Assembly (NCBI GenBank): GCA_965250285.1
Contig: OZ252299.1
Location: 5,888,001-5,952,000, forward strand
Reading direction: 5' to 3'
Length of the DNA stretch: 64,000 bases
Source: Myxococcota bacterium
GTDB lineage: Bacteria; Myxococcota_A; UBA9160; UBA4427
Under the pieces are notes generated by a model. That model saw only the letters and a list, made by a program, of their open reading frames with translations. It did no database searches and was not told where the DNA came from. Positions within the stretch are counted from its first letter, which is position 1; every line of letters begins with the position of its first letter. Below are positions 50,934-59,629 of the stretch, in pieces. A program made the translations under genes and the position numbers.

Positions 50934-51599
50934 ATGCCCCTTCAGAGCCCCGACGCCCGTCTCATTCGGCGCTTCGTTCTGGCGGCCGTGCTGTTCGCCA
51001 TCATCGCACTCGGCCTCGCACTGCCGGCCCTCGAGAGCGCCGACGCCGAGGCGCCGCCGGCCGACGCCGAGGCGCGGCTGGCCGATGCCGGCGACGCGAC
51101 CCTCTATACGTTCGAAGCGCGGCGCCTCGGCGGCGATGTCGAGTCGCTCGACCGCTACCGCGGCCAGGTGGTGCTCGTCGTCAACACGGCGAGCCGGTGT
51201 GGCTACACGCCGCAGTACGACGAGCTGCAAGCGCTGTACGACGAGCAGAGCGCCAACGGACTCACCGTGCTGGGCTTTCCGTCGAACGACTTTGGCCAGC
51301 AGGAGCCGGGCACCGACGCTCAGATCGGGGCGTTCTGCAAGCAGAACTACGGCGTCGAGTTCCCGATGTTCTCGAAGGTCAAGGTGAATGGCCCCGAGGC
51401 GCATCCGCTGTATGTCTGGCTGACGTCGCAGCCCGCCCCCGTCGGTGGGCCCGTGCAGTGGAACTTTCAGAAGTATCTCGTCGACCGCGACGGCCACGTC
51501 GTTCGCAGCTTCCCTTCGCGCGTGAAGCCGAGCCACCCCGAGCTGCGCGCCGAGATCGATCGGTTGCTCGCCGCCGAACCGGGCCGCAGCGCGGGCTGA
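50934..51599 (+). CDS. Glutathione peroxidase (Cys-type) with N-terminal signal/anchor
   Basis: VNTASRCGYT, GFPSNDFGQQEP, WNFQKYL. Confidence 0.93.
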   Translation: MPLQSPDARLIRRFVLAAVLFAIIALGLALPALESADAEAPPADAEARLADAGDATLYTFEARRLGGDVESLDRYRGQVVLVVNTASRCGYTPQYDELQALYDEQSANGLTVLGFPSNDFGQQEPGTDAQIGAFCKQNYGVEFPMFSKVKVNGPEAHPLYVWLTSQPAPVGGPVQWNFQKYLVDRDGHVVRSFPSRVKPSHPELRAEIDRLLAAEPGRSAG

Positions 51600-51710
51600 A
51601 GGGGGAACGCGACCGGCCCGAGCAACGGACGCGGCGGCTCAACCCTCGATGGACCTCGGCGCGCGGCCGCCGTCGGCGCACGGCCGGTGGTGCAAGAGCG
51701 GAGTGAACGC

Positions 51711-52724
51711 ATGAGTGAACGAAGTGTCGCCGTGATCGGTGCGGGTCTGGCCGGGCTGGTGTGTGCGCGACGCCTGGCCGACGTGCCAGGAACGCGGGTG
51801 CGCGTCTTCGAGAAGGCGCGTGGGCCGGGTGGCCGCGTCAGCACGCGGCGCGCGGGCGAGCTCGCGTTCGACCACGGAGCGCAGTACTTCACGTGTCGAA
51901 CGCCCGCGTTCCGGCGACAGGTCGACGACTGGCTGATGCGCGGCGTGGCCGCGCCCTGGGCGGGCGAGGTCGTGTCGCTCGAGCGCGGGCACCTGCGCAG
52001 CGACCCGGGGCGCGACGCGCGCTACGTCGGCACGCCGCGCATGAGTGCCCTCGGGCGCGATCTCGCAAGCGGCCTCGATCTCGCGCTCGAAGCGCGCGTC
52101 GAGTCGACGGAGCGCACCGATCCGGGCCCGAACGGTCAGTGGCAGCTGCGACGCGTCGATGGCTCGGTCGAAGGGCCCTTCGATGCCCTCGTCGTCGCGG
52201 CGCCGGCGCCCCAGGCGGTGCCGCTGCTGGCGCCGACGCCCGAGCTCGCCTCGCGCGTTGCCGGCGTCGCGATGGAGCCTTGTCACGCCGTCATGGTGGC
52301 GTTCGACTCACCGCTCGACGTGCCGTTCGACGCCGCGTTCGTGCAGGGCTCGCCGCTCTCGTGGATCGCGCGAAACGACAGCAAGCCGGGGCGCGCCGAC
52401 GCGACGACCTGGGTGCTGCAGACCACCGTCGAGTGGAGTGAAGCCCATGTCCCGGCCGACACGAGTGGGCTCGCTCCGGTGCTGCTCGAAGCGTTCGAGA
52501 AGACGGTCGGGGTCACGCTCCCGCCGACGACGCACGTCGCCGTGCACCGCTGGCTCTACGCGCGCTGCTCGGCCCCGATCTGCGAACCGTTCCTGCACGA
52601 CGCGGTGCGGAACCTCGGCGTGTGCGGCGACTGGATGATCGGCGGTCGCGTCGAGGGCGCGTTCACGAGCGGGCACTCGCTCGGCGAAGCGATGGTGCGT
52701 GCGTGGGCGAAGAGCGAACGCTGA
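51711..52724 (+). CDS. Renalase-like NAD(P)/FAD-dependent oxidoreductase
   Basis: GAGLAGL, EKARGPGGRVSTRR, FDHGAQYFT, HRWLYA, CGDW...VEGAF. Confidence 0.9.
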   Translation: MSERSVAVIGAGLAGLVCARRLADVPGTRVRVFEKARGPGGRVSTRRAGELAFDHGAQYFTCRTPAFRRQVDDWLMRGVAAPWAGEVVSLERGHLRSDPGRDARYVGTPRMSALGRDLASGLDLALEARVESTERTDPGPNGQWQLRRVDGSVEGPFDALVVAAPAPQAVPLLAPTPELASRVAGVAMEPCHAVMVAFDSPLDVPFDAAFVQGSPLSWIARNDSKPGRADATTWVLQTTVEWSEAHVPADTSGLAPVLLEAFEKTVGVTLPPTTHVAVHRWLYARCSAPICEPFLHDAVRNLGVCGDWMIGGRVEGAFTSGHSLGEAMVRAWAKSER

Positions 52725-52992
52725 CGCGCGTCAGCGGTTCCTGCCCCGCCCACCGATGATGTCTTCGTGATTCGCACAAACGTTCGAGTGTGTTCGTCGC
52801 GATGTGAGCGTCGAGCCTGCGGGGCCGCGTGACGACTCGATCCAGTGTTTGCCTGACTCGACGACGCTTTGAACCCGATCGGGTGTGCATCCTATTGACC
52901 CGCGTGTGCATCCATTGAAACATGCGCGTCATGCACCCGACGCGATTCTGTGTCCACTGCGCCGCTGCGGCGCGCACCTGGAATCGAACCCC

Positions 52993-53235
52993 ATGAAGCG
53001 AAAGTCGATGTCGCCGACCCGGGGCACCTCCCGAGTCGGTCCGCTCTTCACCCTTCTCTCGTTCGTTGGCGCGTTGCTGTTGGCCCTCACCGCGGGCCAT
53101 GTGCTCGAGCAGCGCGGTGCTGGTGTCACGCCCCGTGCCAAGGAGCGCGCAAGCGACGCGTCGGCCGATGCGCTGGCCCGCGCGCGCTACGAGGTCGAGC
53201 CCAAGAACGAGCTCGTGCTGCTGGCTTCGCTCTAG
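52993..53235 (+). CDS. Small hypothetical membrane protein
   Basis: One TM segment; stop overlaps the convergent gene stop; weak support. Confidence 0.4.
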   Translation: MKRKSMSPTRGTSRVGPLFTLLSFVGALLLALTAGHVLEQRGAGVTPRAKERASDASADALARARYEVEPKNELVLLASL

Positions 53236-55304
53236 CCGGCCGGCCGCGCCCACACCTCGTACTCGGGCGTCTCTTCGACGCGTTCGAGCGGGCTCGCTTC
53301 GAGGGCGCGCTCGACGTCGCGGTACTGGCGGGCTTCACCCTGCAGGACGACCGCCTGGAGCGGGACCGACGCGATCGCCTCGGCCAGCAGCTCGCCGCTG
53401 CGCGGCAGCCGCACGTCGCCGCCGACCATGCGGGTCAGCTGCGCGCGTAGGGTCAGCTCGCGCGCCGCGAAGCGCTCGGCCAGCACGTCGAGCAGCAGGT
53501 CGCGCACGAGCAGCGGATGCGGATGGTCGTGTAGCAGCCCCACCCAGTGCGAGGGGCCGACGGGCGCGAGCACGAAGTCGCCCGACCCGGCGTGGCGTGC
53601 GACGGCGCGCGCGACCGACAGCTCGGCCGGGTCGATCTTGATGTCGGGCACACCCAGGCGCACACCGTTCGCGGGTGAGGGCGTGACGACGCCTTCGCTC
53701 AGTCCGAGGCCGATCGCGACGCTCAGCGCGAACGCGGCGCCCTGGGCCGCGAGCCCCGAACGGCCGATGCGGGTGGCGAGCCCGACGCCCCACGTCAGCA
53801 GCGCTGCGAACGCGAGCGGTACGGGCCAGATCCAGAGCACGCGAAAGTATGTGTCGGGGCCCGTGATGCCGGTCGCGATCAGATGCGCATGGAGGGGCGA
53901 CCAGAAGAGCACCGTGGCGGCCGCCGCGTACACGGCGATGAACCGCCGCAGCGGGGCGGTCGGTGCGAGCGCAGTCGCTGCGGCCACGGCGAAGACCAAC
54001 CATGCTGCGCCGAGCCCCGTGCCGGCGACGCGCTCGAGCGCATCGGCCATCAGCTCGGCTGCGGTCGCGCTGAGCCCCGGCATCGGATGCGTCGCCTCGC
54101 TGAACGCCCGCACCATCTCGGCGCGCATTGCGAGCGCAACGCCCACCGGGTAGCTCGAAGCGAGCGCGCCCAGCGCCAGGGTGCGCAGCGTGTCCCGCGG
54201 CGACGGTCGCGCGCGAGCCTGCTCGGGCTCGGTCGTGAAGCGCTCGAGGCAGCCCGTGACGACACCGAGGCCGCCGAGCACCGGCGCCAACCAGAGCGCG
54301 TTGGTCGTGAGGCCGAGGGCGGCGACCTGGGTCGCGGCGAGGCGCAGCCAGCGCCCGACCGAAGGCTGCGCGCCGAACGCCAGGCCTGCGTCGGCGAGCA
54401 ACGGCCAGAGCACGACGAGCACGATCGCCTTGCCCTGCTGCAACCGCAGCAGGGCGAAGTCGCCGAACGACGATGCCGCCTGCGAGAACAGATAGAGCGA
54501 CGTGACGAGGCCGACGAGCAGCCAGGGCCACTCGCCCGGGGCGAGCCGGCGCAGCAGCCGCGCCCAGACGAGCGGGATCAGCGCCGCGAAGAGCGGGGGC
54601 AGCGCGACGTGGGCCAACACCAGCGCTTCGATGCCCGTGATCCATGCGAACAGGCCGATGGCCGGCTCGAAGGCGTGCAGCCGAAACACCGGCAGATCCA
54701 TCGGGACGTCGTCGTACCCGTGCAGGGTGTCGCCGGCGAGCAGCGCCGCGCCGGGCGCGTCGGCCGCGGCGACCGCCATGTTCAGGTAGAAGGCGTCGTC
54801 TTCGTTGGCGCGGTGCGAGACGGCTACGGTGATCGCGCAGACGAGCGCCAGCGCGGGGATGAGCCCGGGGGCCGAGGCGACGCCGGTCGGCCGGGGCGTC
54901 GCGTCGGGGCGCAGCCCTCGCCAGACGCCGAGGCCCGCGATCGTGAGCCAGGCCGGAAGCATCGAGCCGGTCGCCCAGGTCGCTCCGGCGCCTGCTGCGG
55001 CGAGACCGACGAGAACGAGGGTCTCGAACGGGGGCAGGGGGTCGCGCCAAGAGCTGCCCAGCGCGATGGGCGGGCCCGCTTCGCCCGGGTCGGGTCGCAG
55101 CCGCCACCCGATGCCGAGCAGCAGGCCGAGCACGGCGAGCGCACCGAGACCGAGGGCGATCAGCGAGCCACCGAGCGCGACCGTTGCGTGGGCCACGAGC
55201 GTGAAGAGGGCAAACGCGCCGACGCCGAGATCGGTCCACCACGCGCTGCGCGATCGGGGTGGCTTCGACGTCGATGCGTGGCTGTGAGAGCTCGGCGCGC
55301 CCAG
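53232..55304 (-). CDS. Multi-pass membrane protein (DUF6077 / GT-C-like)
   Basis: More than 10 TM segments, DDAFY loop, LRLQQGK, YFRVLWIWP; start uncertain (CTG 55304 after GGAGGGG). Confidence 0.65.
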   Translation of the reverse strand: MGAPSSHSHASTSKPPRSRSAWWTDLGVGAFALFTLVAHATVALGGSLIALGLGALAVLGLLLGIGWRLRPDPGEAGPPIALGSSWRDPLPPFETLVLVGLAAAGAGATWATGSMLPAWLTIAGLGVWRGLRPDATPRPTGVASAPGLIPALALVCAITVAVSHRANEDDAFYLNMAVAAADAPGAALLAGDTLHGYDDVPMDLPVFRLHAFEPAIGLFAWITGIEALVLAHVALPPLFAALIPLVWARLLRRLAPGEWPWLLVGLVTSLYLFSQAASSFGDFALLRLQQGKAIVLVVLWPLLADAGLAFGAQPSVGRWLRLAATQVAALGLTTNALWLAPVLGGLGVVTGCLERFTTEPEQARARPSPRDTLRTLALGALASSYPVGVALAMRAEMVRAFSEATHPMPGLSATAAELMADALERVAGTGLGAAWLVFAVAAATALAPTAPLRRFIAVYAAAATVLFWSPLHAHLIATGITGPDTYFRVLWIWPVPLAFAALLTWGVGLATRIGRSGLAAQGAAFALSVAIGLGLSEGVVTPSPANGVRLGVPDIKIDPAELSVARAVARHAGSGDFVLAPVGPSHWVGLLHDHPHPLLVRDLLLDVLAERFAARELTLRAQLTRMVGGDVRLPRSGELLAEAIASVPLQAVVLQGEARQYRDVERALEASPLERVEETPEYEVWARPAG

Positions 55305-55419
55305 TGCTCTCCCCCTCCCCCCGCCCGCGCCGATGCGCGTGCGTCCGACCCGGTCGGATGGTGGGGGCGCGGCGCGTGTGCGGCAACACCAGAGGCGCTG
55401 CGCGAAAAGGTGCGTGCGG

Positions 55420-58400
55420 CTAGAGGCTGGCGAGGATCGCTTCGAGTCGGTGCCCGACCGTCGCGGCATCGGCGACCCGCTCATCGGGGTTCTTGGCGAT
55501 CATCTCGAGGATCAGCTCGGCGATCACGTCGGGGACGTCGCTGCAGATGCTGCGCGGATCGGGCGGCTCGGTGTGGCGATGGTGATACTGCACGTCGCCG
55601 TCCTGGAACGGGACGCGGCCCGTGACGAACTCGAAGAGCGTCACCCCGAACGCGTAGATGTCGGCGCGGTGGTCGACGTGCTCGCCGGCCGCCTGTTCGG
55701 GCGCCATGTAGTAGGGCGTACCGCCGACGATGGTCGAGCCGCGGCGCACCTCCTCCATCATCTTCGCGAGACCGAAATCCATGATCTTGACCGTCTTGTC
55801 CTTGGTCAGGAACAGGTTCGAGGTCTTGATGTCGCGGTGGACGACCTGGCTCGCGTGCGCGTATTGCAGACCCGCCGCGACCTGCTGCCCGATCTTGGCC
55901 GTGTCCTTCGCGCTCAGGCGACCGCGCTTGCGCAGGATCGCGTTCAGGGGATAGCCCTCGAGCAGCTCCATCGTGATGAAGAAGGTGCCGTCCTCTTGAT
56001 CGGTGTCGTGCACCGTCACCAGGTTCGGGTGATTCAGGCGGGCCGCGGCCTGGGCCTCGTTCAAGAAGAGCTTCACGGCCTTCGGATGCTCGCGCAGGTT
56101 CTCGGGCAGGCGCTTGAGTGCGACCACGCGGTTCAGGCGGCGGTCGCGGGCCTTGAACACGAGGCCCATCCCGCCGCGTCCAATCTCGGCGAGGATCTCG
56201 TAGCGATGATCGTTGACGAACTGCGTCGGGACGCTCGTCGTCTTGCCGCCCTTGTTCATCGCCTCGGCGGCCTTCTGCAGCGCGACCTTCTTGCGCACGC
56301 CTTCGATCGCCTGGGCGACGCCCGGGTGCGTCGGCTCGCGCTTGCGTAGATCGTCGAGGGTCTCGATGGCGCGCTCGAGCTGATCGCTGTCGACGAAGAG
56401 GTCGGCCAGCTCCATCGCTTCGTCGCCGGTGATCGCGCTGCGGCCGACGGCCGAGACGTAGGCCTCGTACTTGTTCGCGGCGAGGTCGGCGTGGCCTTCC
56501 TGCTTGAAGGCCAAGGCGAGGCGCTTGCATGCGATGGCGTAGTCGGGGTCGGCGGTCGTGACCTGCTGCAGCAGCCGGATCGCCGAAGCGCGCTCGCCGG
56601 CGCCTTCGGCCAGATCGGCCGCCTCGATGAAGGCGCGCTTGCGCTCGAGCACGCCGATCAGCGAGCCCTCGCTGTCCGACTGGCGGAAGCACGCCTCGGC
56701 CTCGTCGAGCGCGTTGACCGATTCGAAGAGCTCGCCGGCGCGATCGAACATGCCGGCCTCGCGGTAGCTCTCGGCGGCGTCCTTGATCTCGCCCGACCGC
56801 TCGTAGAGCTCGGCGGCGCGCTCGAAGTCGCTGATCGATTCGCGCAGCCGGGCCGCTTCGAGGTGATGCCCTGCGTTCTCGAGCTGCTGCGCGGCGGCCT
56901 CGGTGGAGCCGTTCATCTGGTGCAGACGTGCGAGCAGCAGGTGCGCCGACTGATGATGCCCATCCTGCTCGAGCGCGTGCGCCGACCCCTGCAGATCGCC
57001 GAGCAAGAAGGGCTGCACGGCGGGTGGGCAGCCCTTGAAGACGATGCGGTCGGTGCCCGCGAGGTCGACGGCGATCGCCTGGGGCTTGAAGTCTTCGACC
57101 GTGACGTCGAGCTCGGCGATGCGGTCTTCGCTGCCGACGACGAGCAGGTGCTGACCCATTGGCAGGCGGATCCGCAGCTGCCCTTCGCTCGCGTAGCGGA
57201 GCGACTGCGGCAGGCCTCGCGCGACCACGCCGATCTCGCCGCCGCGCCGCTTGTCCCAGCGCACCTCGACGTCGATCGGGCAGTCGCGGGGCCGCAGGTC
57301 GAACGCGATGTCGACGGGCGTGCGCGACTTCACCTGCACGATCTGGTCTTCGAAGATCTCGTTCAGCACCTCGCCGCTCGTCGGATCCTTCAGCTCGCCG
57401 CAGACCGTCACTACGGCGCGGCCCGTGCGGACGCGGCCGAACTGCACCTCGCGCCCGACCTGACGCGCGAAGGCGAGGGCGTTGCGCATGCGCTTCGGTG
57501 CCGGGTCGTCGCTGGCCGGGCGCTTGGGCTTCGATCGCTCGCGGGTCACGGCCACCCAGAAGTGGCCCTCGAGCACGTCGGGATAGTCGATGCGCACCTG
57601 CACCTCGCCCTTGCGGCGCAGGAAGGGCAACACGGCGAGCAGGGCGAAGAACAGACCGATGCCGCGCACCACGTTCTGGTAGTGGACGCGGCCATCCTCG
57701 AGCGTCAGCAGCGAGCGCAGCGGGCTGGGCAGCGCGGCGAAGCGCGCCTCGATGTTCGCGCGCCGCGTCTCGACCTCGTTCGCCGGGAAGAGCTCGGGGA
57801 CGGGATCGCTGTCGGTCGGGTCGCGCTCGCCGCGCTCGGCGAGCACCTGCCGACGGGCGTAGTCGAGGAGCGCCCGGGTGCGGTCTTCGTCGTAGAGCAC
57901 GAGAGAACGGTCGAGGGCCTCGCCTGCGTCGCGCGGATAGTCGATCTCGAGGTAGAACTCACCGAGGTCGCGCCAGGCGCCGGCGCGCTCGGCGTCGCCG
58001 AACTCGGTGCGGCGCTCGGCGATCTCGATGGCGAAGAGCAGCGCGGCTTCGGCGTCTTCGATGCGTTCCTGGCGCAGGCGAATGCGAGCGAGCTCGCGCC
58101 AGGCGCCGATCGAATCCTGCCCGATCCCGATCGCGCGCTCCCACGTGGCGGCCGCGCCCTCGAGGTCGCCCATCACGCCGCGCGTGTTGGCCTCGCGCGA
58201 GAGCCAGAGCAGGCGATTGCGCTCGTTCATCCAATCGTCGGCGTCGAGGCCCGGGGTCGGCAGCGCATGGGCCGCGCGGCGCGTCTCGCGCTCGAGGTCG
58301 GAGCGGGCTGGAATGAAGCGGTCAGAGCGCGGCGCGAACATCGGCTGAAAGCCGCTGCGCGCATCGGCGCGTCGCTCGCTCGACCACGGGTCGTCGTCCC

Positions 58401-58497
58401 CCCCCGCGGCGATCGCCAGGGGAGCGAAAATCAAGAGGGCGAAGAGACATGTGACGGTTCGCACCGCCCGCCCGCTGTGTCGGGGTCGGAATACCAT
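55420..58497 (-). CDS. Membrane Ser/Thr protein kinase with TPR domains
   Basis: Signal peptide, TPRs, one TM, further TPR-like repeats; GRGGMG, VALK, HRDIKTSN, DFG, GTPYYMAPE. Confidence 0.93.
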   Translation of the reverse strand: MVFRPRHSGRAVRTVTCLFALLIFAPLAIAAGGDDDPWSSERRADARSGFQPMFAPRSDRFIPARSDLERETRRAAHALPTPGLDADDWMNERNRLLWLSREANTRGVMGDLEGAAATWERAIGIGQDSIGAWRELARIRLRQERIEDAEAALLFAIEIAERRTEFGDAERAGAWRDLGEFYLEIDYPRDAGEALDRSLVLYDEDRTRALLDYARRQVLAERGERDPTDSDPVPELFPANEVETRRANIEARFAALPSPLRSLLTLEDGRVHYQNVVRGIGLFFALLAVLPFLRRKGEVQVRIDYPDVLEGHFWVAVTRERSKPKRPASDDPAPKRMRNALAFARQVGREVQFGRVRTGRAVVTVCGELKDPTSGEVLNEIFEDQIVQVKSRTPVDIAFDLRPRDCPIDVEVRWDKRRGGEIGVVARGLPQSLRYASEGQLRIRLPMGQHLLVVGSEDRIAELDVTVEDFKPQAIAVDLAGTDRIVFKGCPPAVQPFLLGDLQGSAHALEQDGHHQSAHLLLARLHQMNGSTEAAAQQLENAGHHLEAARLRESISDFERAAELYERSGEIKDAAESYREAGMFDRAGELFESVNALDEAEACFRQSDSEGSLIGVLERKRAFIEAADLAEGAGERASAIRLLQQVTTADPDYAIACKRLALAFKQEGHADLAANKYEAYVSAVGRSAITGDEAMELADLFVDSDQLERAIETLDDLRKREPTHPGVAQAIEGVRKKVALQKAAEAMNKGGKTTSVPTQFVNDHRYEILAEIGRGGMGLVFKARDRRLNRVVALKRLPENLREHPKAVKLFLNEAQAAARLNHPNLVTVHDTDQEDGTFFITMELLEGYPLNAILRKRGRLSAKDTAKIGQQVAAGLQYAHASQVVHRDIKTSNLFLTKDKTVKIMDFGLAKMMEEVRRGSTIVGGTPYYMAPEQAAGEHVDHRADIYAFGVTLFEFVTGRVPFQDGDVQYHHRHTEPPDPRSICSDVPDVIAELILEMIAKNPDERVADAATVGHRLEAILASL

Positions 58498-58681
58498 GGA
58501 TCCACCCCAGACATCGGCGCCTCTCGCGGCCAGATTGAGCGCCGAAACGCGCGCTTGCAGGCACCAGATACGCAGCGCTGCGGCGGCGCCCAATTCGGCG
58601 TGGGCGAGGGCGATTCGAGATGCGGAGCTGGGCGATGGGAGTGCGCCGAGGCCCGACTCCCCGCGGGCGAGGGCTTCAGGT

Positions 58682-59509
58682 TCAGCCCAGGCCGATCGCG
58701 AGCTGACGGCTCAGGGCGAGCAGCTGGCCGTTGGGCGACCAGATCTCGCCATCTTCTTCGAGGAAGGCGCCGTCCTTGAGGCGGGTGCGAAACACCGCGA
58801 GGCAGAAGGCGTCGGGCGCAACGCTCGCCCAGGCCTCGGGGTGCCGAAAGTGCACCGTCAGGTCGACCGTCGGCACCGGGCCGAAGCGGTCGATGCCGCC
58901 CGACAGGGCGAAGACGGCCGGAGGCAGGGCGTCGGCGTAGGCGGCGAGCAGCTGCGCGTCGATGGCGCGGCCCGGTTCGGCGAGTCGGATCCAGGCGGCG
59001 GTCTGCGCGGTGTCGCTGCCCGCGTCGCGCTCTGAACCCGGCAGAAAGCGCATCTCGTAGCGTCGATGCAGCGGCAACAGGCCGGCGTACGGCTCGAGGC
59101 TCTCGGCGGGCGGCGCTTCGGGCATGCGCAGGTCGATGAAGTGGTCGCCGTCGCGGGTCTTCGAGATCGCGGCCACCGCAAACGCCCGCAGCTTGCCGTC
59201 TTGCACCAGTCGGCAGGTGATCGAGGAGAGCGAGCGTCCGCTGCGCAGCACCTCGGTTTCGAGCTCGGCGGGGCCCTCGCTCGGCGGCGACGTGTAGTGG
59301 ACGGTCAAGCTGCGTGGAATGCGCGCTTCGTCGCCGACCCGCTCCTGCATGGCGCGCAGCATGAGCGCGGCGATGTAGCCGCCGTTCGGTCCGTTCACGA
59401 CCCACCAGTTCGTGTCGATCGGGCGCGCGACGCTGAATCGGTCGGGGCCGGCGGCGATCAGGCGGGTGTCGAGGTCGAGGGTGTCGGCGGGGGTGGTGAC
59501 GTCGGTCAT
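58682..59509 (-). CDS. Acyl-CoA thioesterase (TesB-like double hotdog)
   Basis: GPNGGY, DALPP, PTVDLTVHF, EEDGEIW...SRQLA. Confidence 0.9.
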   Translation of the reverse strand: MTDVTTPADTLDLDTRLIAAGPDRFSVARPIDTNWWVVNGPNGGYIAALMLRAMQERVGDEARIPRSLTVHYTSPPSEGPAELETEVLRSGRSLSSITCRLVQDGKLRAFAVAAISKTRDGDHFIDLRMPEAPPAESLEPYAGLLPLHRRYEMRFLPGSERDAGSDTAQTAAWIRLAEPGRAIDAQLLAAYADALPPAVFALSGGIDRFGPVPTVDLTVHFRHPEAWASVAPDAFCLAVFRTRLKDGAFLEEDGEIWSPNGQLLALSRQLAIGLG

Positions 59510-59629
59510 GAGCGGCGTTCGATGCCGCGCAGCTTGTCCAGATTCATGAATCCCCAGAGAGGGGGAATGCGCTGCGACTTCGGCGACATGGCGGGCGGCT
59601 ACCCGTGGCCTGCGCTACACGACCCGGCC

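Noticed and set aside
50934..51599. Selenocysteine glutathione peroxidase
   Set aside because: The active-site codon is TGT (Cys); no in-frame TGA.
59066..59629. N-terminal extension of the 964-aa SNF2 ORF
   Set aside because: Overlaps the opposite-strand thioesterase; the real start is likely GTG 59630.
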